From: an uncultured Actinomycetes bacterium
Lineage (GTDB): Bacteria; Actinomycetota; Thermoleophilia; RBG-16-64-13
Direction of reading: 5' to 3'
Length of the DNA stretch: 64,000 nucleotides
Assembly (NCBI GenBank): GCA_963706025.1
Contig: CAVPLM010000014.1
Location: 1 to 64,000 of the forward strand
Shown here: positions 29,793 through 39,407 of the stretch, piece after piece
Numbering within the stretch: the stretch's first letter is position 1
Layout: each line of letters starts with the position of its first letter
Notes under the pieces: generated by a model
The model's input: the letters and a program-made list of their open reading frames with translations, nothing else
Databases searched by the model: none
Told to the model about the DNA's origin: nothing
Program-made: the position numbers and the translations under genes

Positions 29793-30513
29793 CTACTCGG
29801 CTCCGTTCTCTCGTCCTCCCGCCGCCTGCCGGTCGGCGAGCACGACGGCCCGGCTCTGGTCGACGCGCCCCGCTGGGATCGACGGATCGGCGTCTAGCAG
29901 GCGCGCGAGCGCGTCGGCCTTCTCACCACCTGTCACCAGCCAGAGGATGCGTCGCGAACGATCGATGACGGGGTAGGTCAACGTCATCCGGCGCCACCCC
30001 TGATAGACAGCGGTCACGGCGACGTCCACATCGGCCAAGTCGAGGACCGGGTCTCCGGGTAGCAGCGAGGCCGTGTGCCCATCGACCCCGAGGCCCAGAT
30101 GAACCAGGTCGAGCACAGGCGGGGAGCCGGCGATCTCCCGCGAGCTCCCGGGCATAGCGGGTCGCGGCCGCCGCGAGATCCGCCTCCTCCACGGGCATGG
30201 GGTAGATGCGCTCGGAAAGCGACCCGGAACGCGTCGCCACCGAATGCCAGTCAAGGCTCTCGCGCAGGTGGGTGAGGTTGCGGTCCGGGTGCCCCGCGGG
30301 GGCCACCCGTTCGTCCACCTGCACCAGGTACGTGTCCTCCCAGGGCAACGGCTCCTTGGCCAGGTAGCGCAGCATGAGCCAGGGGGTACGGCCGCCGCTG
30401 ACGGCCAGGACGAAGCGGCCGCGCGCAGCCACGGCCGCTCGGGCTTCGGCCGCGATGAACTGAGCGGCCCTCTGGGCGACCCGATCGGCGTCGGCGAGGA
30501 CCTCCATCTTCAT
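29793..30513 (-). CDS. pgl: 6-phosphogluconolactonase; frameshift near 30135
   Basis: LAVSGGRTP, DERV.P..H.DRN in one frame; LGLG.DGHTASL, RMTLT, LVTG..KA in the other. Downstream of zwf. Confidence 0.87.
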
Positions 30514-30591
30514 GCGATGTCTCTCCGCTTCCGGCCGTCGCGCCTCGCCCTTCACGCGATGTCTCTCCACTTGTTGCCGTCGCGCTTCACC
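30508..30591. repeat. 42-bp tandem duplication of the zwf-stop/pgl-start junction
   Basis: cttcatgcgatgtctctccgcttccggccgtcgcgcctcgcc versus cttcacgcgatgtctctccacttgttgccgtcgcgcttcacc, 35/42 identical by hand alignment. Confidence 0.8.
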
Positions 30592-32093
30592 AGTTGTCTG
30601 GCCTCCTCCGGCCCCCAGGTGCCCGGCGTGTATATCGGGATGGACGACGGAGCCGCGGAACTCCAGGCCTCTTGGATCGGTGCGATCACCCCCCAGCCCG
30701 CCTCGATCATGTCGGCTCTCTGGAACAAGGTGGCATCACCGCACATAGCGTCGTAGATCAACCGCTCGTAGCCGCTGGCCGCCACTTCCCTGAAGTAGTC
30801 GGAATACCGGAAGACCATGTCCACGTTGCTCAGTTTCATCAGACCCCCCGGTACCCTGGCCTGGAAGGTGAGCGAGATCCCCTCATCGGGCTGGATATTG
30901 ATCACCAAGCCATCGGGATTCAGGTGCTCCACTCCGCTCTTGCGAAACAGCCGGAAGGGAGGGCGCTTGAACTGTATGGCGATCTCGGTGACGTGCTCGG
31001 GCATCCGCTTCCCCGTCCTCAGGTAGAACGGCACACCGGCCCAGCGCCAACTCTCGATCATCAGCCTGAGTGCGGCGAAGGTCTCTGTCCCGGAATCGGG
31101 GGAGACCCCGGGTTCGGCCCGGTAGGCCGGGACTCTTTTTCCCGCCACCATCCCTTCCCCGTACTGGCCCCGCACCGCGCTCGCTCCGATCGCCTTGGGA
31201 TTGACCGGCTCGACGGCGAGAAGCACCCTCGTTTGCTGGCTCCGGACCTCATCGGCATCGAAAGAGACCGGGCATTCCATGGCCGTCAAGGTGAGCAGCT
31301 GGAAGAGATGGTTGGGGACCATGTCCCGAAGTGCGCCCGCCGTCTCGTAGTAGCCCGCTCTCTGCTCCACTCCTACAGTCTCCACCGCTGTGATCTGGAC
31401 ATTGTCCACGTAGACGCTGTTCCAGATCGGCTCGAAGATGGCGTTCGCGAAGCGAAAGGCCAGGATGTTCTGGACCGTCGCCTTGCCGAGGTAGTGGTCG
31501 ATACGGTAGATCTGGTGCTCCTTCAGGGAATACCTGAGCTCCACGTTGAGGCTCCGGGCGGAATCGAGGTCCCGGCCGAATGGTTTCTCGAAGACCACCC
31601 GCCGACCCTGTCCCGATAGCTCTTGCACCAGACCCGCTGCGCCCAGTTGCCGGGTGATCTCTCCGTAGAGGTTCGGGGACACCGCAAGGTAGAAGACGAC
31701 GTTCAGAGGCTCACGGTGATCCTGGCTCAGCCTGAGGATCGCCGCCTTCAGATCCTGGTAGCTGGCCGGATCGCCGCCATCCCCCGGCAGATAGTGAAGA
31801 CGCTGGGCAAAACGCTGCCACGTGTCCGCTTCGACCGGGAAGCCGAATCCTTCCAGGTCGCTCCTCAGTTCCCGGCGAAAGTCCTCGTCCGATTTCTCGC
31901 TCCGGGCCATGCCCAGCACGAAGAACTCTTCGGGAAGGACCTCGTATTTGAACAGGTTATAGAGAGAGGGGATGAGTTTTCTCTTGGTGAGATCGCCCGA
32001 CGCCCCGAAGATCACGACGGCGCACGGCGGAGCAACCTCCACGTCCATCTGGATCTCTACGGCCTTCGATCCTGGCTCTTCACATTTCGTCAT
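30552..32093 (-). CDS. zwf: Glucose-6-phosphate 1-dehydrogenase
   Basis: [44 protein letters not shown]. Confidence 0.96.
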   Translation of the reverse strand: MTKCEEPGSKAVEIQMDVEVAPPCAVVIFGASGDLTKRKLIPSLYNLFKYEVLPEEFFVLGMARSEKSDEDFRRELRSDLEGFGFPVEADTWQRFAQRLHYLPGDGGDPASYQDLKAAILRLSQDHREPLNVVFYLAVSPNLYGEITRQLGAAGLVQELSGQGRRVVFEKPFGRDLDSARSLNVELRYSLKEHQIYRIDHYLGKATVQNILAFRFANAIFEPIWNSVYVDNVQITAVETVGVEQRAGYYETAGALRDMVPNHLFQLLTLTAMECPVSFDADEVRSQQTRVLLAVEPVNPKAIGASAVRGQYGEGMVAGKRVPAYRAEPGVSPDSGTETFAALRLMIESWRWAGVPFYLRTGKRMPEHVTEIAIQFKRPPFRLFRKSGVEHLNPDGLVINIQPDEGISLTFQARVPGGLMKLSNVDMVFRYSDYFREVAASGYERLIYDAMCGDATLFQRADMIEAGWGVIAPIQEAWSSAAPSSIPIYTPGTWGPEEARQLVKRDGNKWRDIA

Positions 32094-32114
32094 CTGCTCC
32101 GCCTCCCAGGGGTT

Positions 32115-33135
32115 CTATGGCGCCGGCTTCTCGAGGTGGCCTCCGAATGCGAACCGCATGGCGGAGAGCACCCTGCGGGCGAAATCATCCTCGCCCTGGG
32201 AACTGAACCTCTCAAAGAGGGCGGTACTGAGGACTGGGGCCGGCACCCCCTCTTCGACGGCCGCCAGGATGGTCCAGCGCCCCTCACCGGAATCCGATAC
32301 CCTTCCGGCGAACCTCGACAGGTCGGGATTCTCGAAAAGCTCGGTCGCACAGAGGTCGAGGAGCCAGGAGGCGATGACGCTCCCCCGCCGCCACAGCTCC
32401 GAGATGTCGGCTAGATCGAAGTCATACTGGTAGCGCTCCGGTTCCCGCAGAGGAGTCGTCTCAGCATCCACCTCCCGGCCCTCCTTGCCCACACCGGCGT
32501 GCTGCAGGATATTGAGTCCCTCCGCGTAGGCGGCCATGAGCCCGTACTCGATCCCGTTGTGGATCATCTTGACGAAATGACCGGCGCCCACCGGCCCACA
32601 GTGCAGGTAGCCTTCCTCGGCCGTTCCCCCTGCTTGCTCGCGGCCCGGGGTCCGGGGGATCGATCCCCGTCCCGGCGCGAGGGTCTTGAAGATCGGGTCC
32701 AGATGCTCGACCGCCTCCTTCGGCCCCCCGATCATCAGGCAATACCCGCGCTCGAGACCCCAGACGCCCCCGCTCGTCCCGCAGTCGACGTAACCGACAC
32801 CGGCGGTGGAGAGTTCCCCGGCGCGCCGGATGTCGTCGATGTAGTAGGAATTGCCGCCGTCGATGACGATGTCGCCCTCTTCCAGGTGACCGGCGACCTC
32901 CACCAGCGTTTGGTCGACGACGGCTGCCGGCACCATCAGCCAGACCACCCGGGGCGGCTCTGAGCTTGCCGACAAGCTCGGCGATCGAGGAGGCCGCGAC
33001 TGCCCCGGTCTCCTTCGCGAAGTTCTCCCTTGTCCTTGCCGTGGCGGAGTAGACGACGACCTCATGACCGGCGCGCATCAAACGGCGCACCATGTTGCCG
33101 CCCATCCTTCCCAGACCGATCATTCCAAGCTGCAT
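32115..33135 (-). CDS. gnd: Decarboxylating 6-phosphogluconate dehydrogenase (short form); frameshift near 32960
   Basis: [12 protein letters not shown]; after the shift [47 protein letters not shown]. Confidence 0.92.
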
Positions 33136-33254
33136 CTCAGTTCTCCATTCGGCCGAGGTGGAAGATGACGTCGAGCATAACGCATGGATCGGGCTCTAGA
33201 CTTGCATGTTCCGCTGAGTCCGCGGGAAGAAACATGAACAGGGCTGCGAGCAAG

Positions 33255-33344
33255 AACTGGTTTCAGAACGAAGCTCCGCCGCAAGGGACGCGCTGTGCCG
33301 CTCAGCGTGCTCTAGGCGGCCGCGGCTGCATTTTGAAACCAGTT
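33255..33344. mobile_element. MITE-like/REP-like element with 20-bp imperfect terminal inverted repeats
   Basis: aactggtttcagaacgaagc (33255-33274) matches the reverse complement of gctgcattttgaaaccagtt (33325-33344) at 17/20. AT-rich ends in a GC-rich intergenic region. Confidence 0.45.
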
Positions 33345-33419
33345 GTAAGACCGATGGGTCCGCGGGCGTCGGCCCGCTGCCGGCTGCCGAGTGCAAGGAA
33401 GAGCGAGGAAAGGATACTC

Positions 33420-34352
33420 ATGGAGACCAGACGGATGGGCGGTACTGGACCCTACGTATCTCTGGTCGGGTTGGGGTGCAACAACTTCGGAATGAAGCTC
33501 GACGAGCGTCAGACTGCGGACGTGGTCCACGCCGCTCTCGAGGCCGGGATCAGCCATTTCGACACCGCGGAGAGCTACGGCGGGGGTCGATCCGAGGTGT
33601 TCCTCGGCAGAGCGCTCGGAGAAAGACGCGGCGACGTCATCGTCGCCACCAAGTTCGCGCCGCGTCCAAGCGAGGAACCGTACCGGCCCGGGGCACTGCG
33701 GCGGCGCATCCTCGAGGGGTGCGAGATCAGTTTGGAGCGGCTCGGCACCGACCATATCGACATCTACTACCAACACCGGCCCGACCCGGAGGCTCCGGTC
33801 CTCGAGGCCCTGGAAGCGCTGAGCGACCTGGTCGCCGCCGGGAAGGTTGTCCACGGCGCCTGCTCCAACTTCAGCGCCAAGCAGATCGACGAGGCCGAGC
33901 GAGTCGCCACCGAGCGCGGCACGGCCAAGTTCGTGGCCGGCCAGATCCACTGGAACCTCCTCGCCCGCGAGGCGGAGGAAGAGATCGTGCCGGCCCTCCG
34001 CCGGCAGGGGATGGGGATCGTGCCGTATTTTCCGCTGGAGTCGGGTCTGCTCACGGGCAAATACGGACCAGGGCTGGAATACCCCGAGGGCTCGCGCCTC
34101 GCTGCCATGCCGCGCTTCGCCACCCGCGCGACCGCTGAGACCTTCGCCTACCTGGAGCAGCTGACCGCGTTTGCGGAAGCGCGGGGGCACTCCCTGCTCG
34201 AACTGGCCTTCGGTTGGCTGGCCGCCCAAGACGGCGTGGCCTCGATCATCGCCGGGGCGACGACCCCCGAGCAGGTGACCGCGAATGTCGGGGCCGGAGG
34301 GGCCTGGCGGCTCTCGGCCGAAGACATCCGGGACCTCCCGCTGATGGTTTAG
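33420..34352 (+). CDS. Aldo/keto reductase
   Basis: VGLGCNNFG, FDTAESYG, VATKF, SLERLGTDHID.YYQH, SNF, PYFPL.SGLLTGKY. Confidence 0.92.
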   Translation: METRRMGGTGPYVSLVGLGCNNFGMKLDERQTADVVHAALEAGISHFDTAESYGGGRSEVFLGRALGERRGDVIVATKFAPRPSEEPYRPGALRRRILEGCEISLERLGTDHIDIYYQHRPDPEAPVLEALEALSDLVAAGKVVHGACSNFSAKQIDEAERVATERGTAKFVAGQIHWNLLAREAEEEIVPALRRQGMGIVPYFPLESGLLTGKYGPGLEYPEGSRLAAMPRFATRATAETFAYLEQLTAFAEARGHSLLELAFGWLAAQDGVASIIAGATTPEQVTANVGAGGAWRLSAEDIRDLPLMV

Positions 34353-34439
34353 GCGGCGCGCCGCGTGCGCGCGCCCGTCACAGCACGCGCCCGCGACTAG
34401 TTCTACAATGGGCGCAGACATCGAGCGAAGGAGGCAGCC

Positions 34440-35747
34440 ATGGCGGCCGGGGTCGAGCAGCTGAGCGCTCAGACGGTGGTGGTCGGCAGCGGGCCGGGTG
34501 GAGCCACGGTGGCGCGTGAACTGGCTCGCCGGGGCCGGGAGGTCCTGGTGCTGGAGAAGGGGGCCTACCACAGCCGATAGGCAGCTACGTCACTCTCTTT
34601 CGCATGATGGACCGGTACGGCATGCTGGCCTCGGTCGAGGGGACGGCGATGGTCCGCCTCCTCACCGTCGGCGGCAGCTCGATCGCCTTCTTGGGCACGG
34701 CCTTTGACCCGCCGGCCTGGCTGAAGGACCGGTACGGCATCGATCTGGCCCCCTACGTCGAGGAGACGAAGACGGAGCTCAAGGTCGCGCCCCTGCCGGA
34801 GCACCTCATCGGCGAAGGGGCCAAACGCATCCGCCGGGCGGCGCGGGCCGAAGGTCTGGACTGGCGCCCGCTTGCCCAAGTTCATCGATGCCGAGAAGTG
34901 CGAGCTCACGTGCCCGAAGTGCTTTGCCGGGTGCGCCGAGCGGGCGAAGTGGACCGCGCGCGACTACATCGAGGAGGCTGTCGGAAACGGGGCCCGCCTG
35001 AAGACCCGCATGTGGGTCGACGAGGTTCTTTCGGACGGGGGCCGGGCGACGGGTGTCCGGGGCATCGGACCGGCCGGCAAGTTCACGGTCGAAGCCGAGA
35101 ACGTGGTGCTCGCCGCCGGAGGGTTGGGCACGCCGGTCATCATGCAGGCCTCCGGCTTTCCCACCGCCGGTCAAGGCCTCATCATCGACCCTCTTATCAT
35201 CACCTCCGGCACCTATCCAGGGCCCGGCTCCTCGCACGACATCCCCATGAGCTGCGGTACCACCGACCTGCAGGACGAGGGCCTCATCATGACCGATGTG
35301 ATCGACCCCTGGGCGCTCTACCTCTTCGGACTGCTCATGGCGGGTCCAAAGCAGGTGCCCGCTTTCAGGCACTACCCTCACACCCTCGGGATCATGACCA
35401 AGGTCAGGGACGGACTCGCCGGCTCGATCGGACCCGACGGCGTGGTCTCCAAGCCCATCGGGGAGGAGGAGCACGCAAAGCTCGCCCGCGGCTCGGAGAT
35501 CGCCACCCGCATCCTCACACGCGCCGGCTGCGACCCCGACTCCATCGTGGACGCTCCCTTGAGGGGCTCACACCCGGGTGGGACCGTGCGAATCGGCGAG
35601 TTGGTCGACAGCGACCTGCGCGCCGAGATCGCCGGACTCTACGTGTGCGACGCGAGCGTCCTACCCGAGCCGATGGGCCTGCCTCCGGTACTGATGCTCA
35701 TCGGCCTGGGCAAGCGGTTGGTGGCGGAGCAACTGGCAAGGGAATGA
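34440..35747 (+). CDS. GMC family FAD oxidoreductase; frameshifts near 34572 and 34870
   Basis: [26 protein letters not shown]...LEKG, then TVGGSS, then Cys motif [36 protein letters not shown]...PP. Confidence 0.8.
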
Positions 35748-35883
35748 GAGGATACGCAGGCCATCATAGTGCGTGAATGCGGAGGGCCGGAGGTCCTGGT
35801 GCTGGAGACACCCCCTAGCCCGGAGCCCTGCCCGCCCAAGTCTGGGGCGCGCCGCGAAGCCGGCGCGCCCCACTGACCTGCTG

Positions 35884-37053
35884 CTACATGCCGGCGGGCC
35901 GCTCCTCGAGCGTCACCGAGACCACCTGGCTGGTGCCGTTGCGGTCGATGGTCACCTGCACGGTGTCCCCGGGCTGCTTGTCCCGTATCGCCACCATGAG
36001 GTTGCTCGACTCGGTCATGTCTTGGTCGTCGATCTTGACGATGATGTCGCCCTGCTGGAGGCCCGCTTTGTCCGCTGGGCCTCCGGCCGTCACATCCGCC
36101 ACCAGGACCCCGGACGAGCGGGAGAGACCGAACTGCTGCTGAAGATCGGGGGTGACGGTCTGGGTGCCCACCCCGAGGTAGGCGTGGGTGGCCGAGCCGG
36201 TCTGGATGATCTGGTCGGCTACCTGGGTAGCTGTGGCCGCAGGTATGGCGAACCCGATGTTGACCGCCCCGGTCTCACCCGGGGGGAGATAGGCCACGTT
36301 GATGCCGATCACGTCTCCGCTCGCGTTGCCGAGCGCGCCGCCGGAGTTGCCCGGGCTGATGGGAGCGTCGGTTTGGACGAGGTTGGTGAGGGCCAGGCCT
36401 TCAGTACCGGTGACTCCGTCTATGCTCCGGGCCACGCCCGAAACGATCCCCAGGGTCACCGAATTCTCGTATCCCATAGGACTGCCGATGGCGATGGCGT
36501 ATTCACCCACCTCTGGCAGGTCGGTATTGAACGTGGCGGCGGGAAGACCATTGCCCGCGTCGACCGTGATTACGGCTAGGTCGGTCAGGGGGTCCCGTCC
36601 CACCACGGTGGCCGGCAGCCTCTCACCGGTGGCGAGGGTGACCTCGATGTTCTGCACGACATTGCCGGTATCATCCGTTACCACATGGTTGTTAGTGAGG
36701 ATCATGCCGTCTTTGGTGTAGATGACGCCGGAGCCTTCCCCTGCATACTGCTGTCCCCGGCTGGTCCCGCTCATGGCGATGTTGACCACGCTCGGCCCCA
36801 GCTTGGTCGCCACTTCTTGGGCGGGACTGGCAAGACCGTCTCCGTTGTCTCCGCTGACGATGTTCGTATTGCTGTTCGCCGTCGTTGCCTGGGAGGCCGT
36901 GAGATTCGCGCCGCTGGCGGTATCGACCCCCAGGCCGACGAAAGCAAAGGTGGTCCCCAGCACTATCGCCAGGGCCGTTACCATCCCAATGAGTGCCCAC
37001 CTCAACCGTTTTCGCCCCCGCAGGCGGCTCGTTTCCGCCCCGATCGGTTCCAT
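35884..37053 (-). CDS. htrA: HtrA/DegP-like trypsin serine protease with PDZ domain and N-terminal TM helix
   Basis: GSGVI, TNNHVV, TDLAV, QTDAPISPGNSGGAL, PDZ GPADKAGL..GDII. AAGGAGG SD. Confidence 0.92.
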   Translation of the reverse strand: MEPIGAETSRLRGRKRLRWALIGMVTALAIVLGTTFAFVGLGVDTASGANLTASQATTANSNTNIVSGDNGDGLASPAQEVATKLGPSVVNIAMSGTSRGQQYAGEGSGVIYTKDGMILTNNHVVTDDTGNVVQNIEVTLATGERLPATVVGRDPLTDLAVITVDAGNGLPAATFNTDLPEVGEYAIAIGSPMGYENSVTLGIVSGVARSIDGVTGTEGLALTNLVQTDAPISPGNSGGALGNASGDVIGINVAYLPPGETGAVNIGFAIPAATATQVADQIIQTGSATHAYLGVGTQTVTPDLQQQFGLSRSSGVLVADVTAGGPADKAGLQQGDIIVKIDDQDMTESSNLMVAIRDKQPGDTVQVTIDRNGTSQVVSVTLEERPAGM

Positions 37054-37196
37054 GCTGATATTCCTCCTTTAGAGGATTCCCTCTCGTCCTTTTCCTGCCT
37101 GAGGGCCGGCAAGACAGATCCTGTTCGTCCCGGGCACCTCACCGGTCGACCGTTGGGGCGCGGTCGCGACTAGGCACGCCCGACGAAGTCCGGGGG

Positions 37197-37229
37197 ATCA
37201 TACCGGGTGAGGTATAAGAGACTCATAAG
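37197..37229 (-). promoter_or_regulatory. Candidate htrA promoter: TATGAT -10 plus CTTAT-N6-CTTAT direct repeat (OmpR-type box)
   Basis: atcata at 37197-37202; ataag at 37214 and 37225 (11-bp period) across the -35 region. Confidence 0.4.
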
Positions 37230-37389
37230 GCGAATGGAGACGGCAGCCCGGCCGCAGGTATCGCGAACACGGTCGCCTGTTCGACGTCGGCCGCCGAGGT
37301 CGGGGAAGCGGTTGTGCTGCCGACAATCCGCATCCGCTATGCTGGTCCTTGGGCTCAGTCATGTGAAGATCGAAGCAGGAGGGCGGTTG

Positions 37390-38054
37390 ATGGACGTCAG
37401 CAAGGCTCTGGAGAAGCGGCGCACCGTTCGCGCCTTCCTGGCGGAACCGGTGCCGCGGGAGACAGTCGCAGCCATCCTCGAGGCTGCGCTCCGCACTCCT
37501 TCCTGGGCCAACACGCAGCCCTGGCAGATCTACGTCGCGGGCGGGGACGTGCTCGAGCGGATGCGCAAGGCTTTCGTAGAACGCACCCACCAGGGGGTGC
37601 GCGGTCAACCTGACCTCCCGGTGCCCGAGGAGTGGCCCGTCGCCTGCCGGGAGCGCACCAGGGCCCTGACCGCCGGTCGCGCCGAGATGCTGGGGGTCGC
37701 TCCGGACGATGCGCAGTTTCGCCAGGACTTCCTCGAGAGCAATCGGCGGTTCTTCGACGCGCCCAACGTGGTCTACCTGTGCATGGACCGGTGCTTGACC
37801 TCCTGGTCAATACTGGATCTCGGGATGATGGCGCAGAGCATCATGCTGGCCGCCCAGGACTTGGGGGTGGATTCTGCTATCGCCGTCAACCTGGTCTGCT
37901 ATCCGGACGTGCTGCGAGCCGAGCTCGGCATCCCCGAGGAGCTGCTGATCGTCATCGGGATCGCCCTGGGGTATGCCGACACAGGTGTCTCTCGGATCGC
38001 TTCCGCAGTTCTCGACGGTCGCTGGGCGACGTGGTCACGTTCGTCGACATGTGA
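37390..38054 (+). CDS. Nitroreductase; frameshift near 37985-37995
   Basis: RRTVRAF, TPSWANTQPW, FFDAP, DLGMMAQSIML, IALGY. The C-terminus DRFRSSRR.L.DVV lies in the alternate frame. Confidence 0.85.
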
Positions 38055-38266
38055 AGGGCCTGCTGCCGCCATGCAGATACTGCAGCTGTGCAGGGGCTGC
38101 GGAGATCGGCGCTGGTGCGAGAGAAGGATTCGCGGTCTCCGGCGAGAAATGGAGAGCGCCAGGAAAACCAAAGACCTCCCCCCCTCCGCCCCCCACCCCT
38201 GGGGGCGGAGCGCTTTCTTGAGGACAGACCCTCACCAGCGTGACCCCGTACAGGTAAGATAGGGAC

Positions 38267-38755
38267 ATGTCCAAGATCACCCTCGATATGCCGGCGCCCG
38301 ACTTCGAACTCGCCGACTTCCACGGACGCGGGTTCCGACTCTCCGAACTGCGTGGCCGCAAGAACGTCCTGCTGGTCTTCAACCGCGGGTTCACCTGACC
38401 GTTCTGCCGTGCGCACATGGCGCAGTTGCGCCAGGAGCATGAGGAGTTCGAGAAGAGACAGACGGCCATCGTCGTGGTGGGACCGGAGGACGCTCCGGCG
38501 TTCGGTCGCTATTGGGTCGACAACCAGCTTCCTTTCGTCGGTCTGCCCGATCCCGAGCACCGGGTGCTCAAGCTCTTTGGACAGGAGGTCAAGCTCTTCA
38601 AGCTGGGGCGCATGCCCGCTCAGGTGCTGATCGACAAGTCCGGTGTGGCCCGGTTCGTACACTACGGGCACGACATGAGCGATATACCGAAGAACGCCGA
38701 GATCTTCGAGTCGATCGATACTCTCGACGATGGGCAGGAGGCTTCGGGGATCTGA
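38267..38755 (+). CDS. Selenocysteine-containing AhpC/TSA (peroxiredoxin-like) protein, UxxC motif
   Basis: MSKITLDMPAPDFEL.D..G..FRLSELRGRKNVLLVFNRGFT-TGA(38396-38398)-PFCRAHMAQLR continues in frame into the tracked ORF at 38417. TGA occupies the redox Cys position. Confidence 0.88.
38409..38440 (+). promoter_or_regulatory. Candidate bacterial SECIS element
   Basis: Upper stem TGGCGC/GCGCCA with an AGTT loop 25 nt after the UGA, plus a lower stem GTGCGC/GAGCAT. G near the loop start fits the bSECIS model. Confidence 0.65.
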
Positions 38756-38823
38756 GACAAGAGAGGCGCCTCCGGGGATGGGCCCCAGGGGAGACGCCTC
38801 CGGGGAGGGGTCCTGGGGGAAGC
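38741..38823. repeat. Three degenerate ~28-bp tandem units starting in the 3' end of the Prx-like gene
   Basis: gcttcggggatct... / gcctccggggatggg... / gcctccggggagggg... Confidence 0.45.
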
Positions 38824-38872
38824 TAACGCACTGCGGTCGCCGAAGCGACCGGCAGCGGTCGCACGGACAGAG

Positions 38873-38989
38873 TCAGAATCGGCGCCTGACGAGCCGGCGG
38901 GAAGCGTTACGAGAACTGAGTCTCCTCAGCCACGTTTCGCAGCCGAACGCCAGCACAACAAGCACGGTCAGGACGATCACATTCCCCAT
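38873..38989 (-). CDS. Small putative membrane protein, 38 aa (MGNVIVLTVLVVLAFGCETWLRRLSSRNASRRLVRRRF)
   Basis: Perfect AGGAGGT SD, hydrophobic N-terminus, Arg-rich tail, own candidate promoter. Too short for the ORF track. Confidence 0.55.
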   Translation of the reverse strand: MGNVIVLTVLVVLAFGCETWLRRLSSRNASRRLVRRRF

Positions 38990-39010
38990 CACTGACCTCC
39001 TCTAGCGCAC

Positions 39011-39039
39011 AATGTACTCTCACAGCGGCCGAAAGGCAA
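39011..39039 (-). promoter_or_regulatory. Sigma70-type promoter TTGCCT-N17-TACATT for the small ORF
   Basis: aggcaa at 39034-39039 and aatgta at 39011-39016, 17-bp spacer, directly upstream of the SD. Confidence 0.55.
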
Positions 39040-39103
39040 GTCCTTTGCAGCGAGAGTGTTGTATGGTGGAGGGCAACCTAATCATCCCCACAACAGGAGG
39101 ACA

Positions 39104-39403
39104 ATGGCTGCCTACATCGTCGTCAATGTGCACATCACAGATGAATCCGGCTATGCGGCGTACTGGCCGCTCGTCCCTCCCACACTGGAGGCCTACGGGG
39201 GTCGTTTTCTGGCTCGGGGAGGCCGTGCCCAGCGGCTCGAGGGCTCCGGGACTCCGGGGCGGATGATCGTCCTCGAGTTTCCCAGCTACGAGCAGGCCCT
39301 GGCGTGGTATGAATCGGAGGAGTACGCTCCGGCCAAGCGGCGACGACTGGCCTCCGCCGATGCGGAAATGATCATCGTCGAGGGCGTCGAGAGCTCGGCC
39401 TGA
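39104..39403 (+). CDS. DUF1330 domain protein
   Basis: AYIVV, YGGRFLARGG...LEG, VLEFPSYEQALAWYES.EY. AGGAGG SD. Confidence 0.88.
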   Translation: MAAYIVVNVHITDESGYAAYWPLVPPTLEAYGGRFLARGGRAQRLEGSGTPGRMIVLEFPSYEQALAWYESEEYAPAKRRRLASADAEMIIVEGVESSA

Positions 39404-39407
39404 GGGC

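Noticed and set aside
34577-34579. In-frame TAG in the GMC gene as pyrrolysine or readthrough
   Set aside because: Homology continues in a different frame, so it is a frameshift rather than stop recoding.
38741-38823. Short repeats as a CRISPR array (also 17048-17110 and 53731-53811)
   Set aside because: Tandem degenerate units without unique spacers, and no cas genes.
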